From Ascidiella aspersa (Eukaryota): a DNA stretch of 64,000 nt. The stretch is from the NCBI GenBank assembly GCA_963924565.1, contig OZ004608.1, positions 33,170,001 through 33,234,000 on the forward strand. The letters are read 5' to 3'. The position numbers were made by a program, and so were the translations under genes. Of the stretch, positions 44,920-59,400 are shown piece by piece (position 1 is the stretch's first letter; each line of letters opens with the position of its first letter). The notes under the pieces were generated by a model. The model was not told the origin of the DNA. It searched no databases and worked only from the letters and a program-made list of their open reading frames with translations.

Positions 44920-47900
44920 ATGGCTGAAACGGCGTCAATGTACGGAAGCGGCATTTCCCTGAGCGCGGCTGGCGGTGGAGGTGTTATGGAGAGGGCGTGT
45001 CGGGGCGGCTCTTGCGCCGTTCTCCAGCCTCTAGAGCTGCGACAAATACAGCAGCAACAGAACGAAGACAAAACGCAAAAAGGAAACCTCTCCGGCGTGC
45101 AGATGATACAGCTGGACAGCAGTCGCGGCCGCGGGAGTAAAGAACCGCCGTCTGCCGTTTCCGCAGCCGTCAGACGCTTCAGTTTCAGCGGCGCTAGTTT
45201 TCCGTTCGACGACGTCAGCATTTCCCGTTCGCTGATAGCCCCCTGTCACCAGCAGCAACCGGGCAGGGAGACGAACCCCGCAGTAAAAACAACAGCCAGC
45301 AGTCACCAGGAGCAGTGGGGCTGCTACAAAGCACTCGACGGGGGCTTGGAGAGGCAGCGTTCCTGCGGCGGTTTCTCAGACACTAGCGATCTTACGCCGG
45401 TCGGCGAGCAGCCGTTTAACCCTCATACCCCGTTCTCAACGGCGCCCTTTGGCAGCTCTTGCCAGTTCGACGCCCCGAGGCCGTACGGTCACGATATGCA
45501 AGCTTTACACGGCTTTCCCCCGGCGGCTCAGCCATTTTTCGACCCTGCTATGCTCGGAAACGAGTTCGGGCGCCTTCAGAAGTACACGGACCTCGAATGG
45601 AACGACATGCGACGGAACAGCCTCCATTCAGTGTCGTCAGGTCGCTCCACGTCCAGCTCTGGTCTCACTCCGACCGGTCGCCTTTCCTCTCCCGACCAGG
45701 AGCAATCCCTCCTCCCAAACCTCTACCAGTTCCCGGAGCAGTGCTCCCAGGAGCCTAGTCTCTCTCCGCTTCTTGAGTGTATCTCGAGCATGCAAGGCCC
45801 TGAAGTCGACGCTTCTGAGATCCCAAGTCCGGTCGGCGATTTGCAGCGAAAACCGGGCACCGCTTTTAACTGGGACAACAACCCAGGCGAAGAGCAGAAG
45901 GCGAGCACCTTTACGAACCTGGCAGACATCAAGTCCGACTTTCGCTCTTGCGGCTTGGAAGGCCAGAACGACTGCTTTGTGTACGGGCGCTTCGGCGAGC
46001 AGGGAGCAGCAGTAAGCGGCGGCATGTTCCCGAACAGCTGCAGCGAGGTTATGCCGTACAGCGGCGCCGAACGAACAGTCCAGACAAGCCAGGACGGCTT
46101 CTCCAGCAGCCTTGCCTCAAAGCTTCCCCTGCTACTTTACGTAGGCGGGGTTCCCGAGTCCGGTGACGAGCAGTCATTCACAACATATCCTCCACCTTAC
46201 AGCAAAGGGGCGTTTACAGGGAATCAAGATATCAAGTCGGAATCCTTCGAGTCGCACGTCTTCCCTGACGGCGCCGGTGAAGTTTCGTTCGCGGCGCCGG
46301 ATGGCACTAGACTGGCGCCGTGTCAGGCCGTGAGCCCAGGCTGCCTGGACGAGAACAATCTCGCGAACGCTGCGCGTCTCGACGCCGATTGTTTCGTGGA
46401 TAAATCGAAGCTGGTCGGCTCGCAAGAAGACGAAGAAGGGAGCAATCGACCTCCGTATTCCTACTCTGCGCTCATAGCGCTCGCCATTCAGAGCAGTCCG
46501 CGAAAACGCATGACGCTACGGCAGATCTACCACTACGTGATCACCTACTTTCCCTTCTACAAGAACAGCAAGGCGGGCTGGCGCAACTCGATAAGGCACA
46601 ACCTGTCGCTCAACGACTGCTTCAAGAAGGTACCGAGACACGACAGCGACCCTGGTAAGGGAAACTACTGGACGCTGGACCCGGGAAGCGAGAAGATGTT
46701 CGACAACGGGAACTTCAGGTGCGTTCAAAGCGATTTTTTCTCCTAATGTGTACTTTTTTTCAATACGATCGGTATAAATAGGGTTGGTGGTGCAAACTTT
46801 TGCCTTTTTGTTTGGTTTCGGCTGGAAGTTGGCGTTTGCAAAGTTGTGCGTGTATCTTTAAACTTGTGAGGGTTTCGGCCAGGGCTGGCGATGTATGTTT
46901 TTGATATTGGGTTGTTGAAGAAGTTTGGAATTTACCTGCATTTTAGATATTGTAGAGGCTCCACCAGGGTCTAGCATGATATGTTTTGTGTTAAACAGAA
47001 AATCAACTTTTAAAGCTTGTTGCGTCTTACTGAGTGATACCCAGGGCTGGTACTTTTGTTGAAATGTTACCAATCGATTTAATGTCATCTCGTAGATATT
47101 CTACCCAGAGCTATCATTGTATTGTAGTAGTACCCATAGGTTGGTATTGTAAGTTTACCCTTAGACGAAACAGTAAATATCTAGCATAGTGTGTCGGTGC
47201 GTTTGTGTTACTAGTTTGTAAAAGAAACCAACTTACGTTTAACTTTACTAAACAAGACCTAAAACAAAGGCCCAGGTTATCCTATCTGTAGATACTTGAG
47301 AAACGCTTACACCCCTTGGGATTTGGGATGCAAATATAAAGGGTGGCTTTGTGCTTACAATTTAGGTAAGGAGGTATAAATGTATATTTGGAAATATAAA
47401 ATAGAGGGCCATCTCCACATGACGGCTTCTCACCTGGGGTTGCATGCTGTCCTATCAAAGAGGTGCACATTTTTTTCAGTAAAGCTTTTGTTTTTTTCCC
47501 AGCGATAAACTTTTTGTATAAAACATGTGCCAAGTAACTAATACTTTGTAGCGGGTGAATGTAACAAACAGCAGTATTGGTTTAGATGAAGGCCTTGGAA
47601 AAACATGCCTGTCACTCGTATTATCACGGGGTCCACAAGTTTAATTTAATAAGGATATATGCCAGTTAAGAAGCCGAGCTCTAAACTAATCGCCCACGAC
47701 TGATCATTGGCCGAGCGCAGTGTTAGCACTGTCCTGTATGATTCACGGGGCATAGTGGGCTTTCTCTAATCCACAAGCCAAACCCACCGGTAGCATAACA
47801 ACAGTATCGAGAGATAGCAATTGCGTCCGAAATAGGAAATCGCTTAGGGCGGCAGGGCTGTCAGCCTGGCGAGCATACGTACGCAGAAATCGCGCTAGTT

Positions 47901-50574
47901 AACGAGGCCGCTCTCGGCAGCAGCAGCAGAAGCAGCACAGGCAGAAGCGGCGGCTTTTGCCCTGACGCGCCCATACATCAGGATGTAGAGAGCTGGCGGA
48001 AACGTGACGCTCTGTTCGAACTGTTACGGCGATCACGCAACCGGGTCTTTAAATCCGGTCTGCCGCTCGTGCGATTTACTTGCCCTAAGTGTGACGCTCT
48101 GTCGCGTGGAGGACGCTTCTCCTGTTGTTCAACTGCTAAAAGTCGCGAAAAAAGTTACACGCCCCCTTTTTATTGACATGCTGTTAGACGCCACCGGTAC
48201 ACGATGGAATCTTGCGTATGCATAAACCATATTTAGCCTTAAGTGTACAAGTGTATACTATCGGAACTATAAAAGGGCGTAACTTTATGGAATCCAAAAC
48301 CATTGGCAGCAGGTTTCTGCCTGTCGATCACTGCTTCCTTGACGCGTATATAAACTATAGAACTCGACGTTTAAAAACCCGAGTGAAACTAGGATCATAC
48401 ATTTCTAAAGGAACATATATTTCGCCTAGATTGGCTTCGTCAGTTCCTTAATTCGAACGACTATTGAAACCAGTTTCTCTTGTGCGACAGCCGAAGCACG
48501 AGCGTACCCGAAGGTCGTTTAACCCGTCGCCATTAATTTGCGTTACGCTGGCATCTGTGATAAATGCAACGCGCATTAAAGAGGAGGGCAGCCCACACGT
48601 TCATAAGCACGCAAGTAAGGCCTTTGCGTTTTAGCACGAACTGTGCGTAACCGTTTCCCAGCTTTTTGCGTGCGCACTGTACAAAGATATATAAAGTACC
48701 AAAGACGTATTACGCTGATGTTTAAAGCGCGCAGAGCATATAGACAAAAAACTCAAGTCTCTAGCGAAACATCCAGTAACTTTTACTTTTCTCATGCCAG
48801 TAATTGGAATACGTGGGCAGTCCTTTAATCCTGTGAAAAAATTAGCTGCTTAAGGGTCTATATAACAAACGAACAAAGTTATAAGTCCACGATTTAAAGG
48901 GCCAAAATCATACATACAAAAAATCTCAGGCCTTTGTTGTGCGTCACAGTTACTTTTATCAGAAATGTTTCTATTTTCTTATCGACAGTAACTTTAGAAG
49001 GAAGCGGTCGTTTTATACCTGTAAATGCATCAGATATGTCAAATCATTGTGCTTTTTTGCACCTATCCACGGAAATTATAAAAAAATAAACTAGCTATCT
49101 ATCAGGTTATATACTGTTTAGTGGCATAGGCAGTACCCCTCCCTTAACCTACAGCAGCACAGAAAAACTAGCCAGTGCACATTAATAATAATTATTCGCA
49201 CAAACCTACATCCCGGATCTGGATTCGTTGGACCAACGTATATGGTAATTTACTTCCTAACATTGCTACAACAGAGTTCTAGAAATTACACGGGAACCCG
49301 AAGAACAATCTGTTTAGGTCTTTTAAATTCAAAGTGGCCCAAATAAATGAATCAAGCTTCCTACCGTTATACTTTTGTAAGCATACGTTTCCGGCAATGC
49401 TCATGACATACTTAAAAAATATTGGGCAAGTACCGACGCAACACATTTAAAAGTGTTAAGCTTACAGCTATTGCTATGTCCGCTTTTATGTTAGGTCGGT
49501 TACGACCAGCCAAACTAGTGGAATACAACTTATTGGTAAACCCAGTGGTTCCTTAAATGCGGGTCAAGTAGTGGGCTACGAAAAACAAATTCAGCAGACC
49601 ACACAACCTGAGAGATACACTTTCGGATGTATAGTCTACGCGCCCAACCGCATTACGGTTATGAGTAGGATAATCATTTGCTGTGCTCTATCATGAACAG
49701 TAGCAAGAATTTATACCATTGAAGCCGAAATACAGACGAATCTATTCTGTAATAAAATGTCTGCAGCCGTTGTGTTTAACATGATGCTTCGTTTGTCTAC
49801 CTTAAAATGTGTACAATTTAATGAAATTTTGACGTTTCACAAACCAATTTATAAATTGGGACATGAGAGAAGTGGTTTAAGAAATAATAATGGCCTCATT
49901 GGCCCCTTATAGCAATAACGCTGATGCGATTATTGTAGAAATATATTCGTTTTAAAGCTATAAAATGTCGGACTTTCACTATGTACCACAACTGCCTATA
50001 AAAAGTTTGCTATTATTTGGAGTGATTCAAGTCGTTTAATAGCAACCACGTTGAAGCGATTATTGTAGATATATATTCTTTTTAAACCTAAAAACATGTC
50101 AGACTTTCACTATGTACCATAGCAGTCTTTACAAAAATTGCTATCGTTTGGAGCGACTTCAATGGTTTAATAGCAATGGGGGGGTGCGAAATATTCTAAA
50201 CTGAGTTCAATTTGCAATCCGTCTAACCCAAATTTTAACTTTCCAGACGGCGCAGGCGGCGAAGGGTGGAAATCAGGGAAGTGGCCCAATCTCGAAACGG
50301 CGGTGGCGGCGTTGCAGTACTGAGCGCTTGCTCGCAACAGCAGCAACAACAGCTGGTCGCCACCACGCAGAGCCTAACAGAGCAGCAGCAGCATCAGGCG
50401 TCGGGCAAAGATATCATTAAGCAGGAATACCCGACGGATATCATGGACGACTCCTCGTACGCCTCGCTCTACTCGCTCGAACCGCTTGCCGCTTCCAAGA
50501 ACATCGACGATTGCCACGGCGTCGTGAAAAACGCCTTCGAACGCTTGCCCTTTGAAAGCGTTACGAGCGTCTGA
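44920..50574 (+). CDS. FoxI: Forkhead box I-class transcription factor, divergent paralog with long N-terminus, ~708 aa
   Basis: Exon 1 44920-46718 (donor GTGCGT, phase 2) and exon 2 50247-50574 (TTCCAG acceptor) join to give ...[14 protein letters not shown]...[48 protein letters not shown], which carries FoxI signature residues. 2127 nt. Confidence 0.9.
49908..50176 (+). repeat. Tandem duplication, ~130-bp unit x2
   Basis: GCGATTATTGTAGA...GACTTTCACTATGTACCA recurs at 49926 and 50056. Confidence 0.85.
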
Positions 50575-50625
50575 TGCTTGTTGCACCCGCCTTGTATAAA
50601 CTATTTAACGCTATTCTCACCAAGC

Positions 50626-50974
50626 CTGTGGTTCTTAACCTGTGGGTTTTCACCCCTTGGAGGGAAAAAAAGAAGAAAATATGGGGGCAACTTTGACAAC
50701 GATATAAAATGCAATTTAGTCATGAAATATATACTCTAATCTAGCCCTGGCCTTTCCGTAGGCCCGCGAAATATAATACAGGACTAGATCGCTGAACAGC
50801 AAAGTGTAGCATCCAGCCTTCTAGTCGTTAATTGGTTTAGTAATTATTTGAAATCGCATTATAAGCTCATTTGATTCTTTAAGTGATAAAACGTTTGTGA
50901 AATTTGAAGGGGTAACTAAAACCCATTTAGGCCTTCTCAGGGGTAAAACGATACAAAATGGTTAAGAACCACTG
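50626..50974. mobile_element. hAT-like element in the probable 3' UTR of FoxI paralog 1
   Basis: Ends CTGTGGTTCTTAACC / GGTTAAGAACCACTG. Confidence 0.7.
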
Positions 50975-51944
50975 CTCTCCGTTTTACGCCAAGTCAAGTC
51001 GAAACGCCAGTCCGATCTGTTGTTTTACGTGTGCTCTCCCTAGCAAAGCAATCAAGTTCCCCGTTTTTCCTTGTATGCTTACTATATTCGACCGAGGTGC
51101 ATGCATGTGATTACACTCAGGATATGTATCAATCTTTACGGTTGTATGTATACGAATGTAAACATGCTTCAACGTGACCAAAAAAACACAATACATGACC
51201 AAACACCACCATAGTTAGCTCTTTATTACGCTATATTCACCCGACTCGTAGCAACAACAAAGAAAGGTCGCTGAAAAAATGCGGTGAAAATAAACCCTAT
51301 CGCTTCTCCTTTTTTCGCGTCTTTTTAGTCATTGCGTCCCTATGTGTGTAGACGTGCAACTCTTCTGCCTATATTTCATCCGCCTTGTAAAAAAAACAAT
51401 CTTCCGCTTTCTAAGTGCAATATACGGAAAAGCTGCCTTTCAGTCTTCGAAACGATGCAATTTCTTTTCGAGTGTTCTTTTTTTTGTACATATTCGCCCG
51501 ACCCCCCTGTCCTCTGTCGTTCCGTTATTGATGTATCACTTTGTAGCAACGATGACATGCAGTTTTGCACAGTTCTCTGTCGCCTAACCGCACAGAGAAC
51601 CAAGCCTTTTATATAACTCCTTGACGGCGTATTATAGATAATAATATATATAAATAAACATTTATATATTATGTATTTATGTTTGGTGTGAAAATATGTG
51701 TTTTGAGACGTGAACGTTTGGTGTATAGGGGATTTAGAGGAAATTAAGTATTACGTTTTTTTTTGTTTTTTTTTCCCGTTTGAAACGGCGTGTTTTGACG
51801 GTTTGATTTCTAGTTTTTGTGTCTTGGAGCCCGGCGCGGAATCAATATTTATATTAAAAAAAAATAGACAGAATGTATTTATTTTGCTGATTTGTTATCG
51901 CCGGGCACTCTAACCTTGAAGATAGACTTATATATAAACAATGA

Positions 51945-52103
51945 AATCCACTTTTAAAGCCCAAACAGAAGTATAGGTAGCATTTTTAACGTTACGAATA
52001 ACACCGATGTTGAAAGTAAATAAAGACATATTTGAAACGTTCAAAATGCTACCTACTTGTTTATGGGCTTTAATATTCTTACTATATTTTACTACAACCT
52101 CCA
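51945..52103. mobile_element. Family A palindromic MITE copy
   Basis: AAAGCCCAAACAGAAGTATAGGTAGCATTT...AAATGCTACCTACTTG..ATGGGCTTT...ACTACAACCTCCA. Confidence 0.7.
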
Positions 52104-55100
52104 TACATATGCTCCGACACTTTTTAGAAAACGCGACTTTGACCATCGATCCAAATTATCCAATTGTTTTAACCCAATTCTTTAAAATCCTTGAGATGTC
52201 TGCATAACTGATTACCTCCGCCCCCTGGTGGCTACCACGGTCTATGGAAAAACACCCTGCGCTTGTCCGTTTTATGCTTTCGCCTTCTTGGTCTTTATTT
52301 AACTCTTACAGTCGTTGTACTCTTGTCGTTCTCGCTATTTTACTTCTCTATATCTTTTGCTTTTATTTTCAAGCACTTTGTGCGGAATGATCGCGTTTGG
52401 ATGCATCTTCTACAGTGTTAAAAATGCCCGTTGTGATTTGTACAGCTGTAAATACATAGACGAATGCGCGTTCTCTTTGTTAACGTTCTAGCATAAAACA
52501 CTTCGTCCAATCTTCACTTTAGTAAAATTCTTCCCCGTTGCCTTGTCACATTTCATCGGTGTTGCTTTTTATTATATATATATATACCTACATAGTTATA
52601 CACAAACTTCTCTTGCGCGCACCCTTCCCAGCCTATCACCCTCTCTCCATGCTTTTAGCTGGGCACCACGGCTTGTTCACCTTCGGACGCCTGTTCACGT
52701 TCGAAAGCCGCAATCAATGTGAAAAGTTCGGCCATTACAGCTTGAAGCGCCTCTTGTTTCGACACGACGTTTTTATGGCGTTTAATAAAAGATTGAAAGC
52801 AGTATTTTCTCATTGGCTTTTCTACTTTTGACTGTGGTATATAGCCTTAGTGTGTGGGCAACAACGCCCACTATTAAACTCCGAGCAGCAGAAAACAATA
52901 CTAATGTCAGTTAGATTTGCAAGGATGATACTTCTATATTTTTGTAATGAACGTATTTATCTAATTCTAAATACGGTAATCAGGTGGCACTAAAGACAGA
53001 ATGCAAACAAAAGCATTTCTACTTTGACCTGAAGCACGGTTGTGCGAAAGCTTGTCGAGAATCAATATAATTTACTTTAGTTCCACCTGATTCCCCTAAT
53101 TCTATATTACAAGCGTGATTTTGCTAAGGTATTTATTAACGCTAGATAAGGAAATTAAAGGAGGCAGCTGGCGCTACGTGTATCAGGCGTACCTGGTAAA
53201 CGGCAGAAAAGCGACCGTCGAATTCTAACCAGCATATGAGGATATATCAATTGCGGACGTGACGAAATTTCCTCGCTGGGGAGAAAAAATCCCCTTCAGA
53301 TTAGCGCTCGACTGCAAAGCCTAAGGAAACGAAGACGGTTTTAAAGGAGGTCGCCTACGATGAAATTAGCTCGTTTGGCTTTTGTAACTCAAACCTAAAG
53401 GATTCGTAAGCTTCATATCCGTATAACATTCAAAAGTGTAACCAGCAATAAATAAAACGGGCAAGTAACAAGGAGCGGACCCTGGATTTTTGTTTGGAAA
53501 ATAATTTTGGATGACGTCACGAAATTACGCCATCAAACAAGTTGCCTTTATCAATATGTCTTGCTGGTCAACCCCTTGCATTGTTAGTTTGGAACAACTG
53601 CTTACTATAATGAAGCTGATAACTATGATTTAAATTTGACGGGGAATAAAATGTCGTTTATCTGGTTTAACTTCTAGTTTTGAATTTTTTTTTTTCTAAA
53701 TAAGGTCTTTCTTTTTTCGAGGCTAAGTCAATGTTTAATAGGCGGAAAACATTACCGCGTATAAACGTATATATAGTTGAATTTAACATGACATTTATTA
53801 TACGTACCCTTTTAGGGTAATAAGGTTCCGTCAAGCGTGCTAAAACATACTATAAAAGTTAACAAAAACCTTTTTGAGACATGATATTTGCAACGTTGAA
53901 CATTTTACGGGGGTACCGCCATTTCTCCATGTAACATGCCCAGGTCACTGCCAAAATTCACCCTGAAACTATCCCAGGCAATATGACGTAATGGCGTCCG
54001 CAATTAGGCACAAGGGAAAAAAAATCGAGCGGATAGACAGCACTCAAACGTCAGGGAAACAAGATATCTTGTTTAACGAAGCATAACCTCGCATCACCGG
54101 GCGAGAATCTATATTGGGGCGCAGCGGCGACGGCGAAAGTCAGTCAATTGGAGATCCTATGTACGTACTATGGCAGAAAATGGACCGATGGTGGGAATTT
54201 TACGCGTACGCAATTAAGAATTGCCCGGGCCAGCTAAATCGCTGTTTTAAAATAACAGTTGGTTATGTTTTCGTGCCATTTTTACAAAAAACTGGAAAAA
54301 ATATTTTACTTGAAATCACACTAGTGACCCAAAATAATATAAAACCAGTATGCTGTTTGTTTGTTTTTCTTGAGAGCCGTTGTGAAATATACAAATGAAA
54401 CAAAAACAACACAAAAATTAGCGTAGAAGAGAGCACTAAATCGCAATGAACAACTAAATGACACGCTAAACATGAAACATTGTAGCAAATGGTCCGAGCT
54501 GGATTTAAAACGAGGATTTAAACTGGCTTTATTCTTAGCTTGGTCAATATTGAAAAAAAGACAAACTTGAAGTTCTGCAATATCGGGCAAATATAAAAAC
54601 AACAAACGATACTGGCCAATTGGTCACCGGATTAGGGATCTGTCAACCTAGTGCGCTGTTGTGATGTATATAGTTACGACTTTAGAATGGCTAAAATTTA
54701 CGCATACGAATAAACATTTCAAAAATGCTGATGACAAAGTCGAACGTTTTGCCACAATTTTGTAGCTCCCATTATAAGTGTAAAGTAACGCAAACACTGT
54801 AGCAACAAAATTTGCCGTTTTTTCTTTAAGTCAGGCCTTACAAGAACTGGGATGACGCAGGTTTTTAATGCAAGGGGAGCCGCATCATCACCGGGTAATT
54901 TGGCAGGCTTTTGTTTGGTCAAAGGCGACGCAACACGCGTACGGCCTTTGATCTGACACGGCGGCGCTTTGATAGCTGTGATAACGCTAATCGCTTGCCT
55001 AAATAAAGCGATGCGGCTAATTGAATGGGATCAAAAGGCTTCGAGGCGCGAAAATTAAGGAATCGACGATGGCGCGCGTTTTAATTTTGTCCGGGGCGTG

Positions 55101-56411
55101 AGAGAATTCAGGTTTTCCCTGTAAATTGCGTCACTGTTTTTGGGATTTGCGGGAAATTCTGGTGTTTTGAATGTAAACATAAACAAAATAATCGATTAGA
55201 TTAGTGATCGCAGGCTGTCTAAGTGCAGCAAATAGATGAACGCTTAACGTTACAATCTTTAACTGGTTAGAACCAAATTATAGAGCCGCCTGACAATAGC
55301 GCACAACGCCCGCACGAGTGCACTAAAGAGCAGCTATTGTTTTCCGCAAAGAATAAGCGGCTTATGTATTAGCTACGAATTAGGCACCGTTCATTTAAAC
55401 ACGCGCGTTAGATTTAATTCAAATATGTCAAAACTATAAAGTTTGGTAAAAATCCACTAACGACGACGCAATACAAATAGCAGAAACTTTGAAAAAGTGC
55501 AGATTTCGAACAAAGTTTAAACCGTACAGAAACACGTAGAGAAGAGTCATGCTGACTTTTTTCTCGCCATTTTTCCGCGACTCGGACAGCAGACGCGGAG
55601 CGGTGGCCTGGCGCACCAGGGCAGCAGCAGTCGGTGGAAAGTTTGCGGTGTCGGGTGTCTTTTAAGTACGGGGGCTGGGGTGGGGAAAGGGCGCAGTGAC
55701 ACCGCGCAGAGAAAGGGTAAAGCAGCCTTTGCGAGGGGCGAAGATTTAATGAAGGCAAAACCGAGAAAAGTTGAGCAGAGGTACGATGCGTACAAGCCGA
55801 AAGCCTAGTTTATTTCAGTCAAATAGCTGAAAGATTTTTTGTTTTTTCGAAATGTTTACAAAATGCTATACTTACTTTTACATGGGTGTGATGTGCATTC
55901 TATACGTTGAATGATTTTTGTTTTTATTTTGCAATTATTTATCGTGATGAGATCCGCTGGCATATATTGCTCAAAGGTCGTTTTAAAACTAAGTTTATAG
56001 AAAGTAGATTTTGCTTTTTGATTTTGTTTTATATACACGCATTCAGTGTGATATTTAAGGTGTTTCAAGGGAAAGAAAACGTTTTTTTTTAATTTTCCAA
56101 CGGTCTCTCAAACTAGCAGTTAGCACTTTAGATGAAATAGTTGCAGTTTTGCAAAATATCTTAGCCGACATTAAATTCAAACTTTACAAGCCTGAGCGCA
56201 TTTAGTCAAAAAAAAGGAAAAATAAATATTTTACTATAGGCAGTTTTTTTAGTATTATCTAAATACTTCGTTTGTGTTTTTATTTGATCGTTGCAAAGAA
56301 ACGTTTATATTGGATTTTGACAAAACCTTAAAGCTGTCGGTTCGCCATTTGCAGGTTTTTAGACTAAACTATAATCGGCAAGCAAAATAAGATTTTTGAG
56401 TGCGCAAAATT

Positions 56412-59400
56412 ATGGTGCTAGTGGACCGACACCTTGGCTCCGTAACCGCAGCAATGAACTCAACCTTTCCACCGACTCCTTCGCACGCGCCAACAGCCCA
56501 GGAAATGATCGACGTGCCTTCGATGTACGAGAACCTCTACCAGGCCGGCAACGTTCACATGGCGGGCTCTAGGGCATCGCATCCCGGCCATTACTCTCTT
56601 GAGTACTCGAACGGCGCCGCGGCGGCCAACCCGTACCTATGGGCGGCCGCAACCAACCCCTACAACTCGTCCTATATGCAAGGCTACGGTACAAGTCACC
56701 ACCACGCTGCTGCGGTTGCTGCGGCCGGTCAACGACAACTGTTTGGACACCACGCCTCTCCTCATCACACCACAGGATTCGGCTGCGACTTCCCCTGGCT
56801 TTCTCTTAGCAGCCAAACTGAATTGTTCAAGATGGTGCGACCACCCTACTCTTACTCTGCGCTCATAGCCATGGCCATTCAGAACTCTAAGGAAAAGAAA
56901 CTGACCCTGTCCGGCATTTACAGTTACGTTGCCGAGAACTTTCCCTTCTATAAGCGGAGCAGAGCAGGCTGGCAGAACTCGATAAGACACAACTTGTCGC
57001 TGAACGATTGCTTCAAGAAGGTGGCTCGTGATGAGGACGACCCTGGAAAGGGAAACTACTGGGCGCTTGACCCAAACTGCGAGAAGATGTTCGACAACGG
57101 AAACTTCAGGTGAGAAACTAAAAGTTTTTGCGTAGTAAGAATATCAAAGCCCACACAGAAGTAGGCATCATTTTGAATGTTTCGAATAACTCTTTAATCA
57201 TTTTCAACATAGTTCAAAACGATACCTACTGATGTATCGCCTTTGATATTCCTAATGTGTCTTACTACAACCTCCAACCATTAGGCTCCACAGGAGCTTT
57301 TAATTTTTGCTCCAATTTTTTGGGCGTCCTTTACAAGTCGCCCTCATTGGGTAACTGTATTCTTAAACAATTTAATTGAACCTGATAAAAGGCGACATGT
57401 GTAATATGTCTAAACGTTGGAGTATCATTACAATAGTCAGAAGAGCTGTTTCAATTAATATTATGCATAGCTGCAACACTTTATGGAGATGTTATATAAC
57501 GGCGTATGGCCTTAAAATTTCTATTTAGACTTGTTTGTGCCCAATTTGGTTTCTATTTAAAAGAACAATTTGGATTAGAATTTGAATAGCTTAGATTGAA
57601 AAACGAAAATTTCAAAGAAGGAATGGGAAATTAAAAATCCAGACATCCTTTAACGACCCGAAACGCACTGGGTATGGGTTAATTTCAAGACTTTTGTCTT
57701 AGAGCGGAAACTCTGAACAAATTTTTAAAGGGGAAAATTTCAAAGTCGATCGTTTAGCAAAATAGAGTTTAAAGACTATTACGAGTCCTTTCTCAGCTTT
57801 ACGCCTTTACACTAAAGAGGTGTTGACCACGATTTGTCTTGTTTTTCGCGGGTTATAAGTGAAAGTTACGGGAGACGATACGACGGGCAGCGGCGGCCAT
57901 TTTGGTTCCGGCTTCAGACTCAAACTTGTACCAAGTCTGGATTTACCTTACCGCGCATCTTAAACAAACGTCGCTCTACTGTCGCGCGTATAGGCGAAAC
58001 AAATTAACAAGCGTCGTCGCCATTCCCGTGAAGTGACTTCAAAAACAGCGTTCAGGTTGCAAAGCACAAAACCTGTATTGATGCGATTGCGGTTTGCAGG
58101 GCACGAAATTCCTCAGCTCCGGCGAATTAATTAATAGCTCCAAGCACGGACGTACTGGAACAAAATCGGGCGATTTTCGCTTTTGATAAACAAGCGTCGA
58201 CGGAAAGCGCAGGAAACGCGAAAGTAAACAGTTTACATGCGACGTAAGCGGATTAAGATCTAGCTCGCGTCGCTATCTCTTCTTGAGATCGCTGGAAATT
58301 TTCCTTTCTGCCATAAACGCGACCGAGTGACAGGCGATTGTTAGATAACAATCGGCAGCGCGCGGTCATCGCCCATTCCAGCAACGCATTACGACGCACC
58401 TTAACGCGTGTGGCAATCAACGCAAATCAATTTCAAAAAATCAACTCTAAGAAGCATTTTTATAGAGATTTGACATCCTTAGAATCACCGAGAGTTGTTG
58501 GTCAGTTACACATGATTAAGGGAATTCGGATTAAAAGCTGAGTGGTGTGGCCACATTGAACTATGGAATTAGAGCGATTAATAATACCTTTAAATTTTCT
58601 TAAATTTGTCTAAAAAATTTCGTGGCTGCTTCAAAACAAGTGTGTTTTTAAATGCAGCTTCAAACCTAAAAATCCAATCTAAAAAGGGTTTTCGCATCCT
58701 AAGAATTATAAATTATCGGGTGCTAGTCAGCTACAGAGAACTAAGAGTTGTGGTGGAAATCTTTTTATGGCCACATTGAACGTTGGAATTTATAATCTAT
58801 GCTTACTATAAATTATAATTTAACAAAACCAATTAAAATTATAATCACAATAGAACAGTTACTTTTTTTTCCAAAACTTGTTAGAATAATCGTTGCTTCT
58901 CCGAAACAAAGTGTGTTTTTAAATGCAACTTAAAAAAGATATAACAACCGTAAAGAAAATGTTTTTTAAAAAGGTTAAACGCCCAACGAAGTAACAACAA
59001 TCATATAGTACCGCGTTTCATCAGCGACAAAAAAACCGTCGACTTGTTAGTTAAAAAAACAACAAAAAATGCACACAATCTGAAAAACACTCTCGGCAAG
59101 GTAAACAACTCATCGGATAGCGCAGATGCGGGAAAAGCGATCGTAACGCGAAAAAGCAGCAGCAGTTGTTTCAGCGGTCAAAACCGATAGTTCAGCTAAA
59201 CAGAGTTAAGTCATTTCTACGGCGCTCCTATAGAGTAAAACGACACCAGGCCACGGCCAGCAGTCGTCTCGAAACCTTCGTTCAGGTGCAAGAGGCTGAG
59301 GCGGTCGACAATAGATTGAGACGCAAAGCGGCGCCCTGAGCACTAAAGCCCCTCGAGGGGCTACGTAAATTTGGGGCTCCTTTTACAGACGCGCGCACCC

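Noticed and set aside
44775-46728. Antisense and alternate-frame ORFs over FoxI exon 1 (also over 7915-9158 and 56599-56990)
   Set aside because: Expected shadows of GC-rich coding exons.
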